A stretch of DNA of 64,000 nucleotides, taken from assembly GCF_004010195.1 (NCBI RefSeq), contig NC_057720.1:23993236-24057235 (forward strand). Direction: 5' to 3'. Numbering within the stretch: position 1 is the first letter of the stretch; each line of letters begins with the position of its first letter. The notes below the pieces were generated by a model. That model was not told the DNA's origin, ran no database searches, and worked only from the letters and a program-made list of their open reading frames with translations. Position numbers and translations under genes: made by a program. Origin of the DNA: Chiloscyllium plagiosum. Its lineage: Eukaryota. Below are positions 38,569-50,526 of the stretch, piece by piece.

Positions 38569-40267
38569 GATGATTTGGAGATACCGGTGTTGTACTGGGG
38601 TGTACAACGTTAAAAATATGACACAACACCAGATTTTCGTCCAACAGGTTTATTTGGAAGCATTAGATTTCAGAGTGCTGCTCCTTCATCAGGTGGTTGT
38701 GGAGTATAAGATCATAAGACACAGAATTTATAGCAAAATTTTACAGTGTGATGAAATTATATATTGAAAAAGACCTGGATTGTTTGTTAGGTCTCTCATC
38801 TTTTAGAATGAACATGTTGGTTTCAGTTCTTTCATAAGTAAATCACAGAACTTTTTTAAAGTTACATTCTTCTGTGAACTTTAACAATTGGTGTTAAGTC
38901 GGCCCAGATAATGCGTTTAAGGTGTGAGATGCCCTGTGTGAGACTGTCTGTGCCACAATGGTCAGACTGATTCTAGTCTAAAAAATGGATTTACAGAATT
39001 TTACATGGATTCATGCAGTTTTTGAGCAACATAAAATGCAATTCTGCAAATACAAATTCACCCCACAAACTTATATATATATATGTGTGTGTGTGTTCAT
39101 GAGTGTTTGTGGGAGTGAATGTATGGAGTGAGTTTGCATTTTATTTTGCTCAAAAACTGCGTGAATCCATATAAGATTCTGTAAGTCTATTTCTTAGATT
39201 AGAATCAGTCTGACCATTGTGGCACAGACAGTCTCACACAGGGCATCTCACACCTTAAATACATTATCTGGGTTGACATGACATCAATTGTTAAAGTTCA
39301 CATGAGAATGTAACTTTGAGAAAGTTCTGTGATTTACATATGAAAAAACTGAAACAAACATGTTCATTCTAAAAGATGAGAGACTTAACAAACAATCCAG
39401 ATTTTTTTCAATGTATAATTTCAGTTATATCACAATGTAAACTTTTGCTATAAATTCTGTGTCTTACAATCTTATACACAACTGCCTGATGAAGGAGGAG
39501 AAAGTGAGGTCTGCAGATGCTGGAGATCAGAGCTGAAAATGTGTTGCTGGAACAGCGCAGCAGGTCATCCAGGGGACAGGAGAATCGACGTTTCGGGCAT
39601 AAGCCCTTCTTCAGGAATGAGGAAAGTTTGTCCAGCAGGCTAAGATAAAAGGTAGGGAGGAGGGACTTGGGGGAGGGGCGTTGGAAATGTGATAGGTGGA
39701 AAGAGGTCAAGGTGAGGGTGATAGGTCAGACTAGGGTGGGGGCGAAGAGGTCAGGAAGAAGATTGCAGGTTAGGAAGGCGGTGCTGAATTCGATGGATTT
39801 GACTGAGACAAGGTAGGGGGTCCGCAAGTAGCCGGTCTGTCTCCCCAATATAGAGGAGGCCACATCGGGTGCAGAGGATGCAATAGATGATGTGTTTGGA
39901 GGTGCAGGTGAATCTGTGGCGGATATGGAAGTTTCCTTTGGGGCCTTGGAGGGAGGTGAGGGGGGAGGTGTGGGCGCAAGTCTTGCACCTCCTGCGGTTG
40001 CAGGGGAAGGTGCCATAAGTGGAGGTTGGGTTGGTGGGGGGTGTGGATCTGACGAGGGAGTCACGGAGGGAGTGGTCTTTACGGAATGCTGATAGGGGAG
40101 GGGAGGGAAATATATCCTTGGTGGTGGGGTTCATTTGGAGGTGGCAGAAATTTCGGCAGATGATACGCTGTACATGGAGATTGGTGGGGTGGTAGGAGCA
40201 ACACTCTGAAAGCTAGTGCTTCCAAATGAACCTGTTGGACTATAGCCTGATGTTCTATGATTTTTAC
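38569..40267. mobile_element. Long foldback element with family C hammerhead motifs in both arms
   Basis: Arms at about 38605-39070 and 39105-39497 plus 40194-40267 are reverse complements around a (TA)n(TG)n spacer. TSD CATTGTATT at 38560-38568 and 40268-40276. Confidence 0.8.
39498..40193 (-). mobile_element. 5'-truncated Penelope-like element (Zn knuckle plus GIY-YIG, pseudo-LTR)
   Basis: ORF 39751..40134 has CNRRRCKTC...FTCTSKHIIYCILCTRCGLLYIGET. Intact hammerhead at 39587-39614 (minus). Flanking AGGAG repeats. Confidence 0.9.
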
Positions 40268-42055
40268 CATTGTATTTGCCTTCCTAACTACCAACTCAAC
40301 CTTCAAGTTTACATTAAGAGAAACCTAGACTAGTACTCTCAAGACCCTGTGCACTTCCAATTTCTGAATTTTCTCCCACATTTAGAAAATAGGCCATGTC
40401 TCTATTCTTCCTACCAAAGTGCATGACCTCACTCTTTCCCATGTTGTATTTCATCTGCAACTTCTTTGCCCAGCCTCCTAACCTGTTGTTCATTTTATAT
40501 GAAGTGCTTCTGAATATTTCTGCTATAAAAGTGTTTCTCTTTTAACTAATGTCCAAACAATTGTAAAACATTGGCTCTTTTCTAAACCATAACTGAAATG
40601 ATTAATAATTAATGTACTCTTAACCAGAATAGGCTTTGCTGGCGTTCTATAATTTTGGCAGCTATCCAGCAATTTTAAAAATTGACTGGATATGTCCTGT
40701 CCATAAAATAAGCAGGTCAAATCCAACCTGGTCCATTCCTACCCTAGTTCAGTCAAGTGTTAAAGTGAAAAAAGGAAATGTTAACATTTCTAACAAGTTA
40801 TACTCAGCACTAACCTGCTCACTGGTTTCAGTTTATTATCCACCAGGACCACACAGCTCCAGACTTCATTAGCAGCCTTGGTCCAAACATGGACAAGAGC
40901 AGACAACTCAGAAGGTTGAGGTAAAAATATCTGACCTTGATTTCAAAGCAGCAGTCAACTGGGAATGACAACCTGGAGTCATAGCAACATTAAAGCCAGT
41001 GGGAATGAAGAGAAAATCTCTTCAGTCATACCCAACCTAAAGGAAGATGATTTTGACTCTTGGTGGTCATTCATCCCAGTCCCAAGACATCACTGCACAT
41101 GCTCCTCAGCAAAGCAACCCACATGATTGGCAACCAGTGACCACCTTAAACATTCACTTCCTCCACCATTGACACACAGTGGCAACAGTGTGTCCTATCT
41201 ACAAGATGCACTGCACAACTGACCACTGACAACTGACTCCTTTCCAATTCTTCAGCCTCTACCAGCTAGTAGGTCAAGGACAGCCAGGTATATGGGAACA
41301 CCAACACCTGCAAGTTCTCCACTCACCACCCTGACTTGGAAATATATCACTGTTCCTTTAGTGTTACTGGGTTTAAATCCTGGAACTCCCTTCCTAACAA
41401 CATTGTGAGTATAAATCAACTCAGCAAAAGTGAAGCCTGTAGATGCTGGAGATTAGACACGAGAGTGTGGTGCTGGAAAAGCACAGCAGGTCAGGCATCA
41501 TCCGAGGAGCGGGCAAATCAACGTTTCAGACAAAAGCCGTTCATCAAGAAAATTGTGAGTGTATCTACGCCACATGGACCGCAGCTATTCAAGACAACAG
41601 CTCACCACCACTTTCTCAAGGACAATTAGAGCTGAACAATAAACGTTGGCACAAACAGTGCAATACACATCCATGAATAATTATTTGAAAACTTTTAACA
41701 ATCTACATGGTCCAAAGTATAATCATACCTTCTAAAAACTAAAATATTATATGTTTATACATGTGTTAGAATCCAAGTTCATTGTTAGATCTTTTCAATG
41801 GATATTTGAATGGGAATTTAAACATATCAAGGTGTCACTTCTGCATTAGTATCGTATGGACAACTTGCTTAAGCATGTTGCATTTCAAGAATCTATTACT
41901 ATCAATGAGTTGAGGCAATTGCAGATATTACTACTAGTCAACGCCTCTTTTACCTGCAGAAAGCATCCTATGTGTAGTATTACTGTACCATTTTAGTTAG
42001 CCCATTCAGTTTTGAGAAATCACAAAAAATAATCTGAACAATTGTCTCTTTGCAG

Positions 42056-42080
42056 GCAGCACAGGCTGAGATTTATGAAG
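42056..42080 (+). CDS. PALMD: Palmdelphin micro-exon 5 (AAQAEIYE-D)
   Basis: Acceptor gtctctttgcAG, donor GTatga, 25 nt, phase 0-1. Required to join phase-0 exon 4 to phase-1 exon 6. Confidence 0.8.
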
Positions 42081-42178
42081 GTATGAACAAGAATTTTGAC
42101 TTTTCCTTCACCATCATTTGCAACAATACCCTATTAATTAGTGTATTGTTTATTAATTGTTTCTGTTACTGTATATAG

Positions 42179-42298
42179 ACCAAACAAAGTTTGTAAATAC
42201 AGAAATTCCAGACCTACCAAAATCATATGAATCTCAGGACCAGCAGAGAATACCAAGTTCAGAAACTGAAACACAGGATGTTGAAGAGCCTAAAGAAG
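42179..42298 (+). CDS. PALMD: Palmdelphin coding exon 6 (D-QTKFVNTEIPDLPKSYESQDQQRIPSSETETQDVEEPKE-A)
   Basis: Acceptor tatatAG, donor GTactg, 120 nt, phase 1-1. Contains the palmdelphin IPDLPKSY motif. Confidence 0.92.
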
Positions 42299-43342
42299 GT
42301 ACTGTTTAGATGATTAGAAATTCAGTCAAATTCAAATGATAGTATATTTCACAATTAAGCAAATAATTCAATCATATCTGTAGCAATAGCCATTTTTCCT
42401 GTTAACCTCATCATAGAAACTGTATGCTTGCATAGCACAGAAAGATGCTATTCAGACCTTCAAGATTGTGTCTCTGAAAGATCATTCTAAAAAAGCTACT
42501 AAGTTTGACCTATTCCCCTCTTTCCTCAACACCTTGCAAATGTTTTATTTTCAAACATGTATCCAATATTGTTCAGAAAGTTATTCTTGAATCAGTTTCC
42601 AACATTCTTTCAGGCAAAGAATTCTAAATCTTAACAACACACTGCTTTAAAAGAAATCGTATCTCCTCCCTTTTTTAACCTGCTGTTTCACTATAGGGAA
42701 ATGCAATGTTAAAATAAGACATTAGTAGGAGCTTTTAAATAGTCAGACATTGTCATTTGGATATTGCCCACAGTAAGCTCAACATTCTTGAAACGTTTTG
42801 CAGACTTAATGGAGATAACTTCCTTCATGCTAGAATTATTAAACATCATTGTAATGTTAAGTGTTGTTGACTATTGTAATGATAATGTCTTGCTGATTTT
42901 AGATTCAACTGTCAAATTCTTCTTTTGACCTTGGCATCTGGGAGTTGTTTATTGATCCCCAAAGTTCTGGTCAAGTGAGCTTGTGCCAACAGACTTCACT
43001 CCTGTTCTATGGGCTTAGATTTCCTCTATACTTGCAACCAAATATTATAACAAACAGAACTGCATAACTAATCTATAATGCTGAATAACACAAATTTCTG
43101 AGTTGCAGAGGCCAGAGTGATGAAACCCTGCTTACTACCATCCAAAGGCATGCTGTAAGCTTTGATAAAATTTGGGTCAACATTTTTCAATGAGACATTC
43201 TAGTAAAAAAAATTGAGTTGGTGCTTGTTGAACAAGCCAGTATGCTCAAGATGGAACAATCAACAGCATAATTTTAATGATCTATCCTTCCAGTAAAGAT
43301 GCCCAGGTCCATTTGGTGACTGCAGTCTAATGCTATGGTAGG

Positions 43343-43393
43343 GTGTGTGTATGTGTTTGTGTGTGTGTGTGCATGTATGTGTGTGTGTGTGTG
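43343..43393. repeat. Imperfect (GT)n microsatellite
   Basis: Direct inspection. Confidence 0.9.
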
Positions 43394-43571
43394 ATTAGTC
43401 ATGAAAAATGAGCAAGACTTAATAGCCAGACCTGACTGTATAGACAACATACAGTTCTCTGCAAAACAATGTCATGCATTTTGATAACTACTAAATTGAG
43501 TTAACATCCATTTCACAATTACCAAGGTGTTATCTAATGAAAGTACTAACACACAAATGTTTTCTTAACAG

Positions 43572-44675
43572 CATTATTTGCTGTAGAAATCAATGTTCAA
43601 AAGGATATGAAGACTGGAGAAAGTACCATTCTATCAACTGTACCAGTGATGGTCAATGAAATCAAAAACAAAGGTGTTAAAGTCTATGAAGATGGAGTCA
43701 AGTCTGTGTATGCATTATGCAATGATGGCGGCCTGGTGCAGAATGGCATAGATAACATGACTCATGATGAGGTGGAGGCATTGTTACAGCAGGCTGGTGA
43801 AAAACAAGCCAATGTTTCTGCAGTATGTCATGCACCTGTTTACTCAAGTTCCCACATTAAACTCCAATCTCATAAAATGCTACCCAGTGAGCAGATGGAA
43901 TCTGAATCAATAATTCCAGATGATATAACAATAAGTGAAAGAGTTGAGAGGCATAATCCTGTAATGGCTCAAACGTTTGGAAGCAACAACACTACGGTGT
44001 ATCAGGAAAGGAATTTGGCTGTTTCCCCACAGCAATCATTTACACCTGCTCCCTTCTCACCAGTAACCAGTTCCAGATCTCTGAACTTGACACAAAGTCA
44101 GAGTCAACAACATATTGAGTCACCATTAACTGAAAGTGAGCTGAATTTTGTTCAAGTTCAATGCCATCAAGGAAGGGATAATCACCGTGAAGCTGTGTTT
44201 ATCAGTTCAGAGCTCGATCATGATGGTGGATCATCTTCCGCTTCCGAAGAAACAGTTGTTAGTTTGAATGTTGTCCATTCATTGCCTTCTACTATTAACA
44301 CTGAGGAGCCGGTTACCATGGTCTTCATGGGATACCACAATGTAGATGATGAAAATGAAACCAAAAAGGTTTTGGGGTACGAAGGAGCTATCCGAGCAGA
44401 ATTGGTTATGATCAATGATGACGACGATATCGAGGTATCATCACATCAAGCAAATAATCAAACTATTCCAGTACTTCATCCAGCTCCACTTTCAACTACT
44501 GATGAAGTACATAAAACATATGCTGAAATAAACCTAACTACAGGAGGTAGCTCAGTCCCAAAGAAACCTGCTTTAATTTCAAGCCAAGAGACAACAACAA
44601 ATCATTCTCCTTACATCAGTTACTCAGATGGACATATGGATGGAGTTGGAAACTATGATGACGACTCTGTGTCAG
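43572..44675 (+). CDS. PALMD: Palmdelphin large exon 7, spliced form (ALFAVEINVQKDMKTGESTILS...EPVTMVFMGY...DDSVS)
   Basis: Acceptor tttcttaacAG. In frame with ORF 43607..44719. Paralemmin motifs KTGESTILS, GVKVYEDG.KSVYA, EVEALLQQA, EPVTMVFMGY and GYEGAIRAELV. Phase-1 donor CAG/GTACAA at 44675/44676. Confidence 0.95.
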
Positions 44676-44719
44676 GTACAAAAGATAAACAAAAATGTGT
44701 CTGTTGTTCTATTTTGTGA
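44676..44719 (+). CDS. PALMD: Exon 7 read-through extension encoding CaaX C-terminus GTKDKQKCVCCSIL*
   Basis: The frame stays open past the donor and ends in basic residues, Cys-x-Cys and CSIL-stop, the paralemmin-type prenyl/palmitoyl anchor pattern. Confidence 0.85.
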
Positions 44720-47553
44720 CTATTTAATCAGTTATTCTTCAAGCTGAAACTTAACCCTGACTGTTCCTGTTGTTAATAATGGATTAATGATACTTGTTTG
44801 TGTTCTGAAACTATGAAGTATTCTTTGGGCATAACCTGTTGACTAATATTTTGTTGGCTGTTATGTCACTAACACATTATCAGAATCTATAAACAAAATG
44901 ATGCAAGGTTGTTAATTAATAGCATTCTGTTATATTCATGTTTCTAGTTTGAATTTCTTTTTCATATTTTAATCAGCTACTAAATTATAAAATGCCAGCC
45001 CAAAATAACTCGAGAAATATGCCAACTTGAGATATTCTGAGTGGAAATTTCCTTAGGCACATAATGAGTAATGAAGCCTCAACAAGCAGGCCTGAAACAT
45101 GACAAAAATGAGACCTCAATAAGATTATTTGTGTGAACCGCTAGCCTCACATTCAGCTCTCCCTTTTTATGAAGGTATTCCATTGCCCTTGCCACATTTC
45201 CAGAAGCTATCTGAGCAACTAATTTCACAGCTTAGACATTCATAATCAATTAATAGGGAATGCCCAATATGGACCCACCTCTAACAAAATCTGAGCAGGA
45301 ACTACGGCCAGGATTTATAACATTCTCAGGTTCTGGGAATATTTGAAGCATCTAAGCCAATGATTCTTACTGGCATGCCTGCTTCAAGATGTTAAAGGGA
45401 AATAGACAACTCTTTAGCCGACTATACTTCAGATGCTGGGTGGATTGCAGACGGTGAGAACCAATCAGAAGGCCTAATGACTTTCAGCCCCATTGGAATA
45501 GAATAACATAGCCTTTATTGTCACATATCCTCAATGAGTATAACGAAAAGTTTATACGTAGCCAATTACAGGAAGAAGCGAGTGTTGCTCACACACGGGA
45601 AACTAAGATGATACTTCAAAATAGAGACAATTCAGAAAAGCATTCAGACTGCATATTTAAAAAGAAAAGTCCAGAATGGACAGCGCCATAAGTGTGGAGA
45701 GGAATGTGCCTCCATATTCATTTATTTGTTCACAGTTGCCTATTTTCAGCATTTTAGAACACCAGTTTTAGTGTACACTTCAGGTTATTATTGTCCGTCG
45801 ATCTCCCCATATCCCTGCCAACATAAAGCTGCCTCTAAAACAATGCTGAGCACAGCAAAGAGTCTGTGTGACAGAAGAAAATTATTTCCATCTCTGAAAA
45901 TGGCCACTAATTTAGACCTTAAGGGTCTTGATTAATTGCCCATCTGCCAAAAATCTACCTCTGCTGAAAAAGTGAGACCACTTTAGGATCTAAATTCCAA
46001 TAGGAAAATACAACTGCACTACCAAACTCATTCCTCTATAGGGTCAAAAATTCTCCATGTAGGTACATTGATGTAATTCATGTTTAGTACAGAGAATGTA
46101 AGAATATACATGACAAGATGTGTACATTGCAATTAAGCAAGCTTGTTCCAACAATCAAAAAACTGACTTGAACATCTTTCATAGACCCTCACCTCCACAA
46201 TCAGTTTCCCTGTCAAATTGACATCATGTTCCCTCTTGTATTGCCCACAAAGACTCACTTCCAATCTCTGCGGTTGTCAAATCTAAACTGTTCACCTTTC
46301 CTCACCAGAGCTGTTGTCTGTCACCCAACTGGCAAACAAATCAAACAAAAAACCAAAGATCTGTAGATGCTGGAAATCAGAAACAAAATCAGAAATTCTG
46401 AAGAAAGGTCTCTGGACCACACATGTGTACTCTGCTTTGTCTCCACATATGCTGGTCAGGCAAACCAATTGCATTAGCAGTTCTGGGAAACTTGTTACTG
46501 GCCAAACCAAAGAAAATGATATGTTCTCATAAATTTCCAAATCACGCTAGTACTCCTGTTCTCAATTTGATAAAGTTAGCTTTTTTTAATTGATAGGTCT
46601 AATTTGGACCTATTTATACAGTTGAATGCATGTCTGGGCACCACACCTCAGGAATGATAAATGGCCATGCTGCATAGATTGACTAGAATGATGCCTGAGA
46701 TAACACGGTTAGATCATCAGGGTAGCTTGTATAGACAAAGCTTGTATTCCCCTTGAGTAAATAGGATCAAGGAGTGATATAAGTGGAAGTTCTAAATTGA
46801 TTAAAGGAATTGATAGAATATGTGATCTGATCTTCCCACCAACAGGTACTTTACTTGATGTAGGAATGCTTAGCTTATCCTTCACAATAAAAGAAACTGG
46901 GCATATAGACTGTGGCGATGGCAATGCAAGTCAGGCAGTATCTGAAAAGATGGAGAGTCAATGTTTCAGGCATAAGCCCATCATCAGGAATTCCTGCTAA
47001 ATATTATATGCAAACATTACATTTCTCAGGCAGATCAGCATCTTAGCTAATATTAAGCTATTAGTTACAAGAGCATCTTTTCATTAGCATGCCATGCTTC
47101 AAGTGATCATGGGGTAGGATGGAATATGAGACCTTTATAGGCTCAAGTCACATGCTATGACACAAAGTATCTCTCCAAAATGTGCCTGAGACCAAGTCAA
47201 TCAAAAAATTAACCACCGAGATTGACATGTTTTAACTAGGCATTGGCATTTGCATATCAAAAGTGGACAGATGGAACTAAAACACAGATCAACTATAATC
47301 TAATTATTTTTCGAATAGACTTTAGGGCCTGAAGGACCTGCACATTTTGTTAAAATCTCCACAGGTCGATCACAAGCTTTCACAACCCCAATAACTACTG
47401 GAAGCTAAACTAAAAATCATGCTTCTGTGGAAGCTTGACCCACCCATTCAGGCTGCTTCTATTGTTCCAACTTTTAAAAAACTGTCAAGGGCTCACAAGG
47501 GTTTACTTTATTGGCTTGAAGCACACGACTTAGCACCTCTGTCTCAACCTCTC

Positions 47554-47557
<4 letters not shown>

Positions 47558-47587
<30 letters not shown>
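47558..47587. repeat. (AT)n microsatellite
   Basis: Direct inspection. Confidence 0.95.
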
Positions 47588-47591
<4 letters not shown>

Positions 47592-47932
47592 GAACAAAAT
47601 AGATATCTTAAAGTAATAGTTTTGCTATAGGCCCACGGTTATTCCCTGCTTCCAGTAAGTTCCCAGTGCCCCATTTCACTGAGTGGTAGTTTCCACTGGC
47701 TGTCTCCAGGCTCTTTCCTCAGTTTTCAGACAGGATCCTGTCATCACTACCTGTGTAAAGCATGTTTCAATTATTGTTTTTCCCTCTGGGCATACCAGGA
47801 TAAATTTCCCAGGACCCTGCAATGGATCCAGGCTTCATCTCTTCAACTAGAGACCAGTTACTTCCCCATTTAACTGTAGTAGCTCGTAAAACCAAATAAC
47901 ATTTTTCATACAGACTATACAGGAAGGGGAGA

Positions 47933-48280
47933 CAATGGTCTAGTGGTGTAATCATTAGACTCTTAATCCAGAAATCCTGATAATGTTCTGGAACCTATGT
48001 TCAAATCCTACTATGGCAGGTGGTGAAATTTGATTTTGATAAATATCTGGAATTAAGAGTCTAATTTTAACCATTGTTGATTGTCTGGGGTAAAACCAAT
48101 ATGGTTGAGTAATATCCTTTCAGAAAGGAAACTACTGTCCTTATCCGGTCTGGCCTACACTTGACTCCAGACCCAAAGCAATGTGGTTGACTCTTAACTA
48201 TTTTCTAGGCATTTAGAGATGGGTAATAAATGCTGGCCCAGTTAGTGACACCCACATCCCATGAATGATTAATAAAAAAA
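47933..48280 (+). mobile_element. Deu-SINE-like (SacSINE1-like)
   Basis: TGGTCTAGTGG A box, GTTCAAATCC B box, same core as the 37100 copy, A-rich tail. Confidence 0.72.
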
Positions 48281-49706
48281 GAAACTAGAGCTGGCTGTCA
48301 AAAATGACATTCTCTGCCCACTTTCCCAAGACAACATAAAAACACCGTAATCTTGCATTCAGGCAGAAATGCTAATTATCTCCCTTTTAATCTCGTTCAT
48401 TTTAGAAACAAACTGTTTGTAGCATTACTGTTCACAAGCTTCCACATTAAACACCTTTCTAGGATTTTGGGAGACTCAGAGTCTATCCGTTGTAAAAACA
48501 GAGACTGCTGCCATTGTCTTTAAATGTAACGACCTAGTTCTCAATAAACCAATCTTGGCCTTTCTTTGATCATTAAAACAATCTAGGTTTACTGTGAACC
48601 AGACTGCACATGACATAGTCACATGATTGCTTTCCTTTCCACTAAATTTAATGCTAAAATCCCAAAGCATAATAACCTTATAAACCTCATATTTTTAACA
48701 TTGTGTTACAACCATTTAAAATATTCGAGTGTTGATTTTGTAATTGTGAACATTTTTAAATTGTGTTTTATTCTGGAATCCTTCTCACATAGGAAGATAC
48801 CTTTAAGTATGAAGTTGCATTTCATCCAAACTGAGAATGGAATGCAAAAGGCATGTGATGATTTTTAGCCTAATATCCTTTCATAGCACTCTGTTAGCCT
48901 TATATGTTTGTACTTCTAGATCCCGCTGCTTATGTCAAAGCTGTATTGTGAACATAATTTTACTCTAATCTTTGTAAAATTAATTTCAAAGCATTGTATA
49001 CTAATCAGTTTAGTTTGCTGATAACTTAAGCTAACATTCTTTAATTTTCTTGTGATTAAACTTTGCTTCATTTAATTCTTTCTGTGATTTTTTTTCTCCC
49101 ATTGAGAGCAATTTGGATAAATTATGAAACATATTTTCATGGAGATTACATTATATATTTGTCTATAAATATAGGAACATGAAGTATCTTGAAATACTGA
49201 AATGAATCTGATACAAATATACAACACTATTAATATTCATGAGATAATTAACTGCTTAGAAAATACTTCTCATTATTATGATGTGTGGTTGCTTTATTTA
49301 AACTTACTAGCGTTCTCATTTGCTACAATTTCTTTATAATGTGCTTTTTAATATGCTGTCCTTTTAATATTTCAATTGTGGAAAATGTTTTCAATGGCTG
49401 CAGTTTCACATTTTCCATCTCTTTGTGAATATACTGTACTAAAGGTCAAGGATTGTTTTTCCCAACAACAAACAAAAATAGCTCCTGATTGTCATCAATA
49501 TATATTATTTGTTTTCAACTTAGATAGGATTGTAGGATTTAGTGCCATTATTTTAATCTGTTACACAATATGACTCAATATGAAGCATAGCACTTAAAAC
49601 ACAAACTAATAAGGCCCAGTTTGATCTCATGTGGATGGAAAGTTTTAAGTTGAGCTGTGGGTGACTTTAACATCCTGGATTCATTAACAAGCTCTCAGGT
49701 TTGCTG

Positions 49707-49926
49707 AGAAAGTGAGGTCTGCAGATGCTGGAGATCAGAGCTGAAAATGTGTTGCTGGAAAGGCACAGCAGGTCAGGCAGCATCCAGGGAACAGGAGAAT
49801 CGACGTTTCGGGCATAAGCCCTTCTTCAGGAATGGCTTATGAAGAAGGGCTTATGCCCAAAACGTCGATTCTCCTGTTCCCTGGATGCTGCCTGACCTGT
49901 TGCGCTTTTCCAGCAACACATTTTCA
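49707..49926. mobile_element. 220-bp palindromic mini-element made of two opposed Penelope pseudo-LTR ends
   Basis: Intact minus hammerhead at 49802-49829, mutated plus copy at about 49840-49866. 14-bp TSD TCTCAGGTTTGCTG (49693-49706, 49927-49940). Confidence 0.88.
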
Positions 49927-50526
49927 TCTCAGGTTTGCTGGCCAAGACAAGCAGCTAACCGGAGAATGGGAGCACCATGTTGGGTAGAATGGTCTTTAGC
50001 ACCTAATTAAGCTGTGGAGGAGCATTTCAATAGGGCTTCCAATTATTGATTGGGAAAGGGGAGGGCTTTCCTTATTGTGGTTTAGAGACGTGCTTTCATA
50101 AGGAAAGATTGTATTCAAAAAATTAATTTGATTCTTTTGAGTGTCTGGTGGTCTTAGCTCCCTTCTGTTAAAGACATCTGGAAAGAAAGACTTCCAACTC
50201 AGGACCGTTGTGAAAATAGCAATAAGTCACCAGCAATTTAATTGAAGCTGCATCAACATATTTACATTGAGAGCCTGCTGATTTTCAGAAGAGATGTTTA
50301 TCCCTCTGTTCAGCAGATAAATGCAAGGAATCAGAAGAACCTTCATGCGTAAGTTAGCCAAGCAATTTTAACTGTCTGTCTGGTCTTGACTGGGTTTAAA
50401 CAGCCCCTTAAAATATAGCTGCTCATGAATTTGCAGGTCCTGTATTACAGTCCATATTATGCTCATTTTTGTAAGAGTTGTGGTGTTCAAGACAGGTTTT
50501 TAATGTTCGCTGGAAAATCTAATACT

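Larger units (their letters stand above)
37478..40490 (-). mobile_element. CR1 3' fragment hosting nested insertions (second CR1 at about 37595-38030, foldback element at 38569-40267)
   Basis: ORFs 37672..38019 and 38371..38607 are CR1 ORF2 C-termini. The host resumes at 40268. Confidence 0.8.

Noticed and set aside
43607..44719. 370-aa ORF as a standalone single-exon gene
   Set aside because: It is the bulk of PALMD exon 7. Homology and the open frame extend upstream of the ATG to the acceptor at 43571/43572.
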